Source of the DNA: Promethearchaeati archaeon SRVP18_Atabeyarchaeia-1
GTDB lineage: Archaea; Asgardarchaeota; Atabeyarchaeia; Atabeyarchaeales; Atabeyarchaeaceae
Assembly: GCA_037308085.1 (NCBI GenBank)
Contig: CP147779.1
Coordinates: 1,824,001-1,888,000, forward strand
Direction of reading: 5' to 3'
Length of the DNA: 64,000 bases
The position numbers and the translations under genes are program-made. The notes under the pieces were generated by a model. It was not told the origin of the DNA and ran no database searches. It saw nothing but the letters and a program-made list of their open reading frames with translations. Numbering within the stretch: the first letter of the stretch is position 1; the number at the start of each line of letters is the position of its first letter. Shown in pieces: positions 9,827 to 19,547 of this stretch.

Positions 9827-10341
9827 CTATTTCCTCTGGTTGGCTGGCTCAAAGCATATTGATGAAAGGCACTCATCTTCGGTGCTTTCAACCAATCTGA
9901 GGGTCACTTTCATTCCCGTCATCCTACCTAGGGCTACTTCGAAGTAGCCTCTCGTGACTCTGCATAGCACTCCACCAATCTTGAGCCCACGCTTCTTGGC
10001 AACCTTTGCATAGATTAGCATTAGCAGTCTTTCGTTTCAAAAGATATCTGCTACTCCTGAGTGGATTCTTCCGCGCTATCGACAAGTCGCTCACAGCAGA
10101 ATCCATTCATGAAGCAGCGCCCTCTGCAGGGCGGAAAACCAGGGGAAAGCCTATCCAAGGTGCACTCGGAGTATAGCGCCTCATCATAGAATGGGCATTC
10201 CCCGGAGGCGGAGGTGTATTCCGAAAGGAGGGCTTCAACGCGGTCTTCAGAATGAAGGGGATTGAGAAGGTGGGAGTATTTCACTTCTTCTAGCATACGG
10301 GATGCCCCTCCAGCCTCTAGGGAAACCGCTGATGCATGCAA
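9827..10341 (-). pseudogene. Possible decayed gene (V4R/output-domain-like C-terminal part)
   Basis: Two short minus-strand ORFs can be joined across TAG 10051-53 and a 1-nt frameshift near 10022 (ISFETKDC/LMLIYAKV...LCRVTRGYFEVAL...EDECLSSI). Confidence 0.25.
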
Positions 10342-10521
10342 TAGTCACTCGCCTTCTAAGAACTGGGAGGGGGACCCCTCTAAAAGTGAATCAATCGGCG
10401 CTTTATCCGCGCTCAGTAGAAGCGGGCAACGTCATATGCCTTCATGATCCATGAAAGAACGCTAAAAAAAGGGAAACAGTGAAAGAAGGAAGGTAGTCCT
10501 GTCTCAGGACGCCTGTTGCCG

Positions 10522-11622
10522 CTAACTCTGACCCATCGCATCGGACAGCTTAGCTCTCCAAGATGCCAGCTTTTCCATTATCACTTCTTTTTCTCTTCGA
10601 TCCAGTGTTCTCTGAGGATAGCGAGCAAGTTCCCTGGCAGTGGAGGCTAAATCATAGATCGCTCCGAATTTGCGCGTCATTCCCATCACCCTGTCTCGGA
10701 CGTCCAGAATCGCCTTGGCCAATGCGCCTGCAGTCGAGTTAAGCGACTCCTCTATGGGATTGAAGACCTGCTCCGCAGACGAAGAGTAGATATGCGTGGC
10801 AGGCGGGGGTGGCGACCTGACGGGCGGAGGAGCGGGTGGAGGAGTTGGCGCTGCAACGGTGGAACGAGTTTCCTGTTCCATCGCAGGCGGGCGTTGTGGT
10901 ATTGGTGGTCCTCCTTTGGGCATTGAGGGCGCCTCTCTTGGTGCGCCAGATGGAGCTTCCCTCGGTTGAGCGGTGGAGACGACCTGCGCTCCTTGCAGTG
11001 TCTGCCTCGACCTCGACTCAACGTCTCTTATGCTCTCTATGGCGCTATCACTAGCTTCTCTTATGGAGGTCTTGAGCTCTTCGGATAGTCTTCTTGAAAG
11101 TTCTTCTAAAGATCTCATGGCTTCGAGCGCCTTCTGGCCTTCGGCACCCATTGCAGCAAAGTCCCCCGTGGCTGCTGCGGCGGGTGCGCGGCCTCCCGAT
11201 CCTCGCTCTACTGCCTGCGCCGCTGATTCATTGATAAGTTTCACCGTCTCCAATGCTTTGTAGCTCTCGTTTTTGACTTCACTAACCTGTTTGCTCAAGT
11301 CATCAAGCTCGGGCATCTTGAGAGAACCCACTCCCTGAGTGGCTTGATTCGAGGCATCTTCAAGTTTCTTCATGCTTTCCAGCGCGCGCTGACTCGTTTC
11401 CCTGAACGTTGTCAAGTGGTCTGCGGCTTCCTCCATCTTTATCACGGTATTCGTAAGAGGAACCACGATATTGTCGACTTGGGCGAAGAGCTTGTTAAGC
11501 CGAAGCCCGACATCCTCACCTAGCGCCTTGAGGAAAGTTATTATTTCATCAACTTCTTTCATCAATTCATTAACCTTAACGCCTATCTTTTTCTCAATTT
11601 CAGTCTCCACATTTTCCTCCAA
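10522..11622 (-). CDS. Coiled-coil protein with Pro-rich linker and C-terminal helical domain
   Basis: TTG 11622 after GGAGGTG. Long heptad region, PREAPS repeated twice, poly-Pro, and C-terminal ...RDRV...KLASWRAKL. Confidence 0.75.
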   Translation of the reverse strand: MEENVETEIEKKIGVKVNELMKEVDEIITFLKALGEDVGLRLNKLFAQVDNIVVPLTNTVIKMEEAADHLTTFRETSQRALESMKKLEDASNQATQGVGSLKMPELDDLSKQVSEVKNESYKALETVKLINESAAQAVERGSGGRAPAAAATGDFAAMGAEGQKALEAMRSLEELSRRLSEELKTSIREASDSAIESIRDVESRSRQTLQGAQVVSTAQPREAPSGAPREAPSMPKGGPPIPQRPPAMEQETRSTVAAPTPPPAPPPVRSPPPPATHIYSSSAEQVFNPIEESLNSTAGALAKAILDVRDRVMGMTRKFGAIYDLASTARELARYPQRTLDRREKEVIMEKLASWRAKLSDAMGQS

Positions 11623-11827
11623 CTCTGGAAGGCACCTCCGCTGTTCCCATCGCATCAAGAAGGGAAGTACTGTACTCCCCCCGGTAGTGGGCGAGAGAGA
11701 GGATACACCCTTAGCCGCTGCAATGGATTATATCGCTAAAGATCCTAATATATCCTGCACCGAAATCTGTTTTCAGATGCTTTCGACGTAACTAGTTTCC
11801 TGCGAAGATATAACATCTTTGCCGTTC

Positions 11828-11851
11828 TCAGCCCAGGGCGGAAGGGCTGAG
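11828..11851. terminator. GC-rich hairpin just downstream of the RHH gene
   Basis: Inverted repeat CTCAGCCC-N8-GGGCTGAG. Confidence 0.3.
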
Positions 11852-11868
11852 CAAGACCTCAGAGAGCA

Positions 11869-12144
11869 TCAGAGTCCCGCGTCCATGGTTCGCTTCAAGA
11901 GCCTCATGACATCGAGCGAACTCGCCTTCTCGTAGAACTCTTTCATGCGTGCGATGCAGAACTCCACCCCGTGTGACCTATTGCCGAAGGTCACTTGCTG
12001 AACCATGGAGTCAATCCAGTCGAGCAGACTCCTGTCTATTGACAAAGTTGTCGCGACTTTTCCGCCTGTCGGTCTACCACTTGATTTCTCACCCAGAGTC
12101 ACAGTGACCTCTGGAACTCTAGGAAGCTTAGGTCTTCTCCCCAT
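11869..12144 (-). CDS. Ribbon-helix-helix (CopG/Arc/MetJ) DNA-binding protein
   Basis: TTLSIDRSLLDWIDSMV...FGNRSHGVEFCI fits the RHH pattern. Basic N-terminus GRRPK. Confidence 0.75.
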   Translation of the reverse strand: MGRRPKLPRVPEVTVTLGEKSSGRPTGGKVATTLSIDRSLLDWIDSMVQQVTFGNRSHGVEFCIARMKEFYEKASSLDVMRLLKRTMDAGL

Positions 12145-12300
12145 GTCTCTTCACCTTCAGCGAATTCGAATCAACAGTCGCAATAGATGAAAGAAAATGG
12201 TCGGGACGTCAGTTACTCTGCTGAAGTTGATCAGGGAACGAGTATAAAACTCTTGGCATGCAAACCAAAATATCAGTTCATGGCCCTCACAATTCCACCA

Positions 12301-12520
12301 CAGGAAAGTCCGTGCCCTTTATGGCAGGACGGGTGGCAAGCTCAGATAGAGAAACAAGCACCTACCCAGGCGAAGGGTGCGACGCGCGATGAATTGTCGC
12401 CTGTGGAGATCATGGTCCTCACCCTAGCGCCCCTAGCGCAACCAAACATTATCCCGTGGGCTGAGGCAAGCTCGGCCCATGAATAAGAAGGCCAAAACCC
12501 TTCAGGGGGTTGGTAGCCAG
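12301..12520 (+). mobile_element. Degenerate non-autonomous IS200/IS605-derived element (copy E1) with an omega-RNA-like scaffold
   Basis: Left hairpin GTCCGTGCC-CTTTA-TGGCAGGAC. Internal CGCCTGTGGAGATC and AGGCAAGCTCGG are shared with E2/E3. Right hairpin CCAAAACCC-TTCA-GGGGGTTGG followed by TAGCCAG. Confidence 0.7.
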
Positions 12521-12707
12521 CGTTTCCAAGAGACGAGATGACTTGAAATCATCTGGTTCGAAGAACGGATTTCAAGCAGACAAATATCTTAAATAGGAAG
12601 TAACGGATAAATAGGACTCGACTTCTTGAATCTCGGAAATGTTTGGGGACTTCAGCTGAACTGAGAGATTTGGGAAGAGAACTGTAACCTTAGAAGAGGA
12701 GAGAAAC

Positions 12708-14615
12708 TTGGACAGATCAAACAAAGCTCTCTTAGCGTCAACGCTATTGGTCGTAGTAATGCTATCATCCTCAATGGCAGGCATCACCAACACCTCTGCT
12801 GTCGTCGGGGGCTGGAACAACCAGAATCTGCCAAGCGGCAACATGAGGCAGACACAATTGAACGTGAAGATCGTCTTCGTCGGGATCAAACAGCAATACG
12901 TGAACATCTCAGACGGATACTTCCAATGGAACCTTCCACCCTACCACATCCAGAGGGAAACAGATTACGGGACCAACTGGGGAGTAAATTACACTTTCAG
13001 CTACAGCTATGCATTCAACCAGAGTTTCGACACCTTGTTCTTTCTCTATCTGAGTACAATAGCGAAAATCGACCTTGTGAGACCCAATCCGTACACAGGT
13101 CTTGTGAACAACCGTTTCTATAACGCCAACGCTGTCGAAGACTATCTCTACGGGCATCCAGAAGGGTACGGCGGGATTCCTTCGACGGGGTACGTGCTAT
13201 TCTTGATGAATATTACCCGGCTCTTCGACTCCGACGGTCCTATCAACCAGCCACACTACTATAACTTGACCTACTCCGATGTCGATTCCAGTGTGAAGGT
13301 CACTGATGGCTGGTATGGGCGATGGATGACAAGCTGGGGAGGACACTACAGGCTTTACTTTGTTGACGTATCTGCAGGAGCAAGCCCAGGCAAGCTGCTA
13401 CCTAACTTGGCTTCGAGTTGGTTGAATCGCTATCACCCGCCCATCTGGAGCCTCAAGATGAACTTGGCCACAAAGAATGGGATAAACTTCCTTAACCAGT
13501 ATCTGGCCAGCTTCGTCTTCGGAGCGGCATATGGCCTGTTCTCAAGCGACTTTCTTTACCCTCCAAGAATAGCGCCAAGTATGCACTACAACATAACCAT
13601 ACTGATCTTCGACAACTGCACAAGTTACCAGACACTTCCAATCGAGAACCCCTATCCACCACCTCTATATCTTCCACCTTATGATGGTGACTTCGCCGTG
13701 ACTCAGTCAGTGATCCTAAGCGCCTTCCAAGCATTGGTACCTTACGCAACTTGGACCGTGAACGTTTCATATGTTCACTTGCTCGGACCCGGTGATCCAT
13801 CGCCTTACGGCACCCTATGGTCGGTGATAAGGAATGCCGAAAGGACGCAAAGCGCCTTTGGCAGCCCAGTTAAGTACGTCGACCGAGACCAGCTCTACAA
13901 CTATCTTCAGACGCACCTCAGCGAATTCATCAAACCAACGGCTGGGCAGCTCCTGATACCCGTGTTTGCGTTCGCATTCAAGGACAGCTACAACCTCGGA
14001 TACCAGTATGAGGGATACGAGTACGACAACTACTGGGGCTTCGGATATCCTGACGTTGTTCTCGTAAGCCACTCACTGACGGATCTGATAGGTGGCGGAG
14101 GAAGGATCCCATACGGCTTCACGCAAACCATAATACACGAGACGGGCCATGCCCTAGGGTTGGCTCATCCGTTCTGGTGGGATTGGGATGAAGACTTTGT
14201 GGCATCAGTCATGGCTTACTATCCATACGAGTACCAGTTTAGCCAGTTCGACAAGGATACGATACAGAGGGGCTTCGCAGACTACTACATAATCAGAGCA
14301 GAGTCGATGATGCAAAACGCAAGTCAACTCAAGGAATACAAGCCAATGAACTCGACGCTACTCAAACTATATAATGAGGCATACGGGAACTTGACTACGG
14401 CACTCTCATTCTATAGCAGCATGGATTACCACAATGCAATGTCCAGAGGAAAGACGTCACTTGACTTGTTCGCACTCTTCATAGTGGGGGCAGGACAACA
14501 GGCGCAGAAAGTGTCAGCTCCGCAGGATTCCACAATGATAATCATCATAGCTGCCGCAGGAGGCCTCATAGCTGGGATAGCTATCGGACTCTTCCTCAAG
14601 ACGAAGCGAAAATGA
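12708..14615 (+). CDS. Secreted, C-terminally anchored metzincin zinc metalloprotease
   Basis: Signal peptide, HETGHALGLAH (HExxHxxGxxH), Met-turn SVMAY, and C-terminal TM followed by KTKRK. Confidence 0.85.
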   Translation: MDRSNKALLASTLLVVVMLSSSMAGITNTSAVVGGWNNQNLPSGNMRQTQLNVKIVFVGIKQQYVNISDGYFQWNLPPYHIQRETDYGTNWGVNYTFSYSYAFNQSFDTLFFLYLSTIAKIDLVRPNPYTGLVNNRFYNANAVEDYLYGHPEGYGGIPSTGYVLFLMNITRLFDSDGPINQPHYYNLTYSDVDSSVKVTDGWYGRWMTSWGGHYRLYFVDVSAGASPGKLLPNLASSWLNRYHPPIWSLKMNLATKNGINFLNQYLASFVFGAAYGLFSSDFLYPPRIAPSMHYNITILIFDNCTSYQTLPIENPYPPPLYLPPYDGDFAVTQSVILSAFQALVPYATWTVNVSYVHLLGPGDPSPYGTLWSVIRNAERTQSAFGSPVKYVDRDQLYNYLQTHLSEFIKPTAGQLLIPVFAFAFKDSYNLGYQYEGYEYDNYWGFGYPDVVLVSHSLTDLIGGGGRIPYGFTQTIIHETGHALGLAHPFWWDWDEDFVASVMAYYPYEYQFSQFDKDTIQRGFADYYIIRAESMMQNASQLKEYKPMNSTLLKLYNEAYGNLTTALSFYSSMDYHNAMSRGKTSLDLFALFIVGAGQQAQKVSAPQDSTMIIIIAAAGGLIAGIAIGLFLKTKRK

Positions 14616-14798
14616 AAGCGGAAACGCAAGAGAAAACATAGCTGACGGTGACCGACTGTAAATTGTGGACCAAAATTCCACATCCCTTTTTCTTATTGCA
14701 AGACGAATCTTAGGCTTTCGTCACTAGGATCGCTTCACCGAGAAGATCACAACACTTTTATGCCAGCATGCCAGAACGAGATGTATTCATAGAAAGAG

Positions 14799-17210
14799 TT
14801 GAGGGCTTTGGAGAAGCAGCAGGCAGGCCTTTCAAATTCTGAGGCCGCAAAAAGGCTCGAAAAGTTTGGCCCAAACCGGATCCAGAGGCCACTCAAACTA
14901 AGCTTCATGGGCATAGCGGCTGAAGAAGTAACTGAGCCCATGATACTGCTTCTGCTAGCAGTGGCAGTCGTCTACACTATATATGACCTGTCGGATGCTC
15001 TAATAATCTATGCAATCATCATCGTTCTTGTTCTCGTGGAGATCGTCAACGAATATCGCGCGAAGAAGACAATTCAGTCTCTCATGCGCATAACTTCTCC
15101 CAAGGCAAGAACGCTCCGCCAAGGCAAAATAGTGTACGTTGCAACGGAAGAGGTTGTACCAGGCGACATTCTGATTTTGACTGCCGGCACACGAGTCGCC
15201 GCTGATAGCAAAGTCGTTCTATCTCTCAGCCTTGAACTCAACGAGTCACTCCTGACAGGCGAGTCATACTCTCGAGAGAAGAGAGCGGGAGATGAGATCT
15301 ACGCTGGGACCACAGTTTCTTCAGGCGAAGGCAAAGGGGAGGTGTTTGCTACTGGCGGCAATACTCGGATGGGTAAGATCGCATCCCTAGCGCAGGCTGT
15401 TAAACCACCGAGGACGCCCCTACAGGTAGCGATGCATAGCCTGGTCAAACCCCTAGCTTTCCTTGCCATATTCTTCAGTACCTTTATCCCCTTTCTCGGG
15501 ATCCTGCGTGGTCAAGATCCTCTAGCAATGGTACTGACTGGGCTTGCTCTTGCTTTTGCAGCCATCCCTGAAGAACTCCCAATAATCATCACGATAATCC
15601 TTGCCTTAGGATCATACCGTCTATCCCAGAAGCATTTCTTGGTTAAGAAGCTCAGAGCGGCTGAGGTCTTGGGAGATGCCACTGTAATCCTCACAGACAA
15701 GACGGGAACTATCACTGAGAACAGACTGCATATCGCCACCGTCTTTCCCAAGAACGAGGAGCGTAGAATAATAGATGCAGCGATAGGGGCGCTCGATGAA
15801 CTCTCTATGTCTCCCATCGATGATGCGGTATTATCCAAAGCAAAGGAGATGAAGATAAAGCCAAGCTTGGGTGCAATAATCCGGGAAAGGATCTTTGATG
15901 GGAACAGGAAGACGAAGACAATCTTGCGTGAATCAAAAAGGGGTCTCGAGATATACATGACGGGTGCGCCCGAAGAAGTTCTGAAGCTCTCAAGGGGCGG
16001 AGCAAGTAGGTTTGAGGAGGAGCTCGAAAAGCAAGCTGGTGAGGGCAGAAGGGTCATAGCCATAGCCCACAGATCCATCATGGCACCTGAAAGGGATTTG
16101 CCATTCACTGAATTGGAGAAGGACTTGGATCTTGATGGACTGGTCTCATTCGAAGATCCGCCGCGCAAAGGAGTGAAGGAGACGGTTGAGATTGCGAGGC
16201 AAGCTGGCATACGAACAATCGTCGTAACTGGGGACCATCCTCTCACCGCAACCTCTATTGCGAGAGAGGTCGGTATCCCATCAGAAAAGGTTCTAACCGG
16301 TGCCGAAATTGACGGTATGTCTGACGCGGCGCTGCGGAAAGCTGTCGAGAAGGTTTCAGTCTTCGCTAGAACAACCCCTGAGCACAAATTCCGCCTCGTC
16401 AATGCACTACACAAGAACAAGGAGGTCGTCGCGGTTACTGGAGACGGCGTGAACGATGCGATAGCCCTCAAGGGAGCAGACATCGGAATCGCGATGGGGG
16501 TAAAAGGAACGGATGCTGCAAAGGAAGCTGCTGACGCAGTGCTCGCAGACGACAATTTCGTAACGATCGGTCAGGGTATTTTTGAGGGACGCAAGTTCTT
16601 CGACAATCTGAGAAAGGGCGTCAAGTACTACCTATCCGTGAAAGTAGCTCTGATTCTACTCTTCCTATTCCCAGTCATACTCAACGTCCCGTTTCCTTTT
16701 GCACCGATTCAGATAGTTCTGCTTGAACTATTCATGGATCTGGCAGCTTCAGCCGGATTCGTGTCAGAGCCTGCAGAGAAGCTAATCTATACCCGCCCTC
16801 CAAGGGATCCAAAAGAGAAATTCATTAACGCGAGAATGCTAAGAGGAATCGCGGTCAGTGGCCTCAGCCTATTCGCTGCAGTGGCAATATGCTACTTCTA
16901 CGCAAGGCTGTGGTTGCACTTGCCAGACGTTGAGGTGCAGACGTTTGCCTTTACAGCTTGGATCATAGGTCATATCCTGCTGGCACTTGTTTCGCGGTCA
17001 GAGAAGGAGCCGATAGTGAAGCTAGGCATATTCTCTAATAAGGCAATGATTGTGTGGGCAGTCGCCGCCTTGTTCTTTCTGCTCTTGGTGGTTGGTGTGC
17101 CGCCAGTTAGTGTGTACTTCAGACTCTCTGCCATCACCATAACTCAGGCAGCGCTGATATTCGGAATATGCTTCGTATGCACATTCTGGCAGGAACTTGG
17201 GAAACTCTGA
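14799..17210 (+). CDS. Cation-transporting P-type ATPase (type II-like)
   Basis: LTGES, IPEELP, DKTGT, TGDH and GDGVND. Confidence 0.95.
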   Translation: MRALEKQQAGLSNSEAAKRLEKFGPNRIQRPLKLSFMGIAAEEVTEPMILLLLAVAVVYTIYDLSDALIIYAIIIVLVLVEIVNEYRAKKTIQSLMRITSPKARTLRQGKIVYVATEEVVPGDILILTAGTRVAADSKVVLSLSLELNESLLTGESYSREKRAGDEIYAGTTVSSGEGKGEVFATGGNTRMGKIASLAQAVKPPRTPLQVAMHSLVKPLAFLAIFFSTFIPFLGILRGQDPLAMVLTGLALAFAAIPEELPIIITIILALGSYRLSQKHFLVKKLRAAEVLGDATVILTDKTGTITENRLHIATVFPKNEERRIIDAAIGALDELSMSPIDDAVLSKAKEMKIKPSLGAIIRERIFDGNRKTKTILRESKRGLEIYMTGAPEEVLKLSRGGASRFEEELEKQAGEGRRVIAIAHRSIMAPERDLPFTELEKDLDLDGLVSFEDPPRKGVKETVEIARQAGIRTIVVTGDHPLTATSIAREVGIPSEKVLTGAEIDGMSDAALRKAVEKVSVFARTTPEHKFRLVNALHKNKEVVAVTGDGVNDAIALKGADIGIAMGVKGTDAAKEAADAVLADDNFVTIGQGIFEGRKFFDNLRKGVKYYLSVKVALILLFLFPVILNVPFPFAPIQIVLLELFMDLAASAGFVSEPAEKLIYTRPPRDPKEKFINARMLRGIAVSGLSLFAAVAICYFYARLWLHLPDVEVQTFAFTAWIIGHILLALVSRSEKEPIVKLGIFSNKAMIVWAVAALFFLLLVVGVPPVSVYFRLSAITITQAALIFGICFVCTFWQELGKL

Positions 17211-17282
17211 CCACAGCAAGGAATTGCGGATCTGGCGTAGGTACAGAATCTGTTCGCTGATTCTCGCTTGGGTGAAAGTGAC

Positions 17283-18029
17283 TCAGAGGAAGGGGAAGAA
17301 AAGGTACCACAGGAGAAATGCCGATAACAGCGGAATAGTGACATTGTCCATCCATGAAACACACAGAAGTTCCGTGGCAGCAACAGCCGATGAGACTGCC
17401 GCTCCAATCAGGAGCAGAGAGACAAGTGGTACTCGTAGAGGATATAGAAGGAAAGCAAACATGATTGCCACGAACGTCATCAGCACAACAGCAAGTGATC
17501 CCTCAGCACTCTTGGTCTTGCCACGCCAGACATGGAACTTGTGCTTGCCGAAAGGGCGACCTACGACTTCACCTGCACCATCCCCCCAAGAGACAGCCAA
17601 GATAGAAGCGACGAATATCGCAGGGTAGCCCATGAACAGTATGAAGACTAGGGCGTACGAAGCTAGGGCAAAAACCGCGGCAAGAAAGGTCTGCAGGCGG
17701 CTTCCGTCTTCTCTCGTGCCAGAGGACAGAGCAGCTTTGGCAAGGTTTACCCCGAAGATGGATGCACCCAGAATGCCGGCAGCGAAAATCCCTATGGTGA
17801 TTGCGGGTCCAGTCAAACTACTGTAGAAGGGGAGTGCCAAGGCAACTAGCGAACTCATGACGATGTGCGTAAACTTGCGCGGAATCCACTTCTTGTAGCC
17901 TCTACTCGCTAGTAGCCACGAGATCGCCAGTGAAAGGAATCCGACGCCGACGACAACAACAACCAGAAGAATGTCTAGGGTCGTCAGGTCTGAGAAGAGT
18001 AGACTCACCATTACCATCGTCGCCCACAA
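17283..18029 (-). CDS. Dolichol/phytol kinase family (CTP-dependent polyprenol kinase) membrane protein
   Basis: RKFTH, WGDGAGEVVGRPFGKHK, KSAEGS and MDN motifs. Confidence 0.8.
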   Translation of the reverse strand: MWATMVMVSLLFSDLTTLDILLVVVVVGVGFLSLAISWLLASRGYKKWIPRKFTHIVMSSLVALALPFYSSLTGPAITIGIFAAGILGASIFGVNLAKAALSSGTREDGSRLQTFLAAVFALASYALVFILFMGYPAIFVASILAVSWGDGAGEVVGRPFGKHKFHVWRGKTKSAEGSLAVVLMTFVAIMFAFLLYPLRVPLVSLLLIGAAVSSAVAATELLCVSWMDNVTIPLLSAFLLWYLFFPFL

Positions 18030-18932
18030 TTGCCCAAGCTAGAACTTGCAGGGCACTTCATTCTGCTTGCATGCCTCTCCCTGTGAAATATCCAGATACG
18101 CATATTTCCGCTTTTCTACTGACCCCACGGCTTCCCCCACCACTGTAAAGAGGCTCGCAGCCTGCGCTCCTCACTATATTCGTGAAGGAGAAACAGCATG
18201 TGACGCGTTGTGGACATAGTTGGTGTTCTTTCGATCAGGGACGAGGGAGCCAAAAGAGAGGATTAAAGAACCATGGAATAATTTTTGAGGCGATTACTGC
18301 TCCGCGGGCATTCACTCACTCGATCATCTAAGTCTGTCTTTTCAAGGAGGAGAAATCGGGGAACTGCAAGAATTATCGAAGGATTCCCAGCCTCTCGCTA
18401 CCAGAGTCAAGCCATTCGAGAATCGCGTTACCGGTCTAGACCCCTCGGAAAGAAGGTGATCTACCTCAAGATCAAGAAGAGTAAGGATCTGATGAGAGTG
18501 TATATACGGTCAAATGATTTCCTTGGGAGGGTTTTCGGAGAGCTTTTCGGTAGCCACCGTCCTAGTAGCCGGGTGCCTCACACAGCGCTGGCAATGAATA
18601 ACCTGGCATATGGGACTTTCAGCCATGCTTGGAAAGCGTTTGAGAAGGCTGAAACATTTCTTGAGCAAGCTATCCAAAGCATTTGCTTAGTTAACCAAGA
18701 CTCAAGTCGAGAATCTCTCTCTGGTCGAGAAATGCGCGCTAATACAGCGAGCTAGCGAATGAGCCTCGGCGAGGTCTTTTGGGTACAGAATTTTGCGATC
18801 TTTGTGCTGCGGTGCTGGGCTTTCATGCAAAAAGAGGGAAACCTATTTGAAAGGAAGTTGCGGATAGTTAAATGATGCTAATGAATTGATTGCGAACTTC
18901 ACATGAATAGGGTAAGGACGCTGATTCTATCA

Positions 18933-19541
18933 ATGGAGAATCTCAAGTACTCCTTCAAAGTCGTGGTGGCTGGTGACCCAGAAGTAGGCAAAACTTCTAT
19001 GGTACGCGTCTTCGCCACCGGTAAGTTCGAGAAGAACTACATTCCAACCCTTGGCGTCAACATTCTCTCCAAGAACCTCAATTTCAAGAATGTCGAGGTT
19101 GCGATGGCGATCTGGGATCTGGCGGGCCAAGGCTTCATGGACGAGGTTAGAGGTCAGTACTACAGTGGAGCAAGAGCAGCGATACTTGTCTATGACATCA
19201 CTAGAGCAGACACTTTCGCTCGAATTGTTGCTTGGAATGAGGAATGTAAGAAGTTCTCGCAAGGTATCCTAACCAAGATCATAGTCGGGAACAAATTGGA
19301 TTTAGATTCTGAGAGGGAAGTGGCAACTGGGGACGGAATAAGACTTGCAGAGGAAATAGGTGCTGGATTCGTCGAGACGTCCGCCAAGACTGGAGCCAAC
19401 ATTGAAGTCATGTTCACCGAGTGCGCAAAAAGCCTGCTGAAGAGCCAACTCATGTACCTTGAGAACAGAGTGTCTTTCCTGACCGCGAGAGATGGCATGT
19501 CACAGCCAGCCGCAATTGTGAAGAATGAATCGGGGAGGTAG
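18933..19541 (+). CDS. Rab-like small GTPase (Ras superfamily)
   Basis: G1 GDPEVGKT, G2 YIPTLG, G3 WDLAGQ, G4 NKLD, G5 ETSAK, plus YYSGA. No C-terminal prenylation Cys. Confidence 0.92.
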   Translation: MENLKYSFKVVVAGDPEVGKTSMVRVFATGKFEKNYIPTLGVNILSKNLNFKNVEVAMAIWDLAGQGFMDEVRGQYYSGARAAILVYDITRADTFARIVAWNEECKKFSQGILTKIIVGNKLDLDSEREVATGDGIRLAEEIGAGFVETSAKTGANIEVMFTECAKSLLKSQLMYLENRVSFLTARDGMSQPAAIVKNESGR

Positions 19542-19547
19542 CCCAAG

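Noticed and set aside
12301-12312. CAGGAAAGTCC resembling the RNase P RNA P4 motif
   Set aside because: It aligns with the left-end hairpin foot of E2, and I saw no complementary 3' P4 strand.
12187-12486. Short ORFs over the cassettes (12187-12486, 29873-30058, 54802-55017)
   Set aside because: They overlap E1-E3, whose copies differ by indels that break frame. The conservation is nucleotide and structural, not coding.
15512-16555. 347-aa antisense ORF and many similar shadow ORFs
   Set aside because: They are antisense or off-frame to well-supported genes and carry no motifs.
18285-18755. 156-aa ORF upstream of the GTPase
   Set aside because: No recognisable motif or RBS. I cannot support it, although a decayed gene is not excluded.
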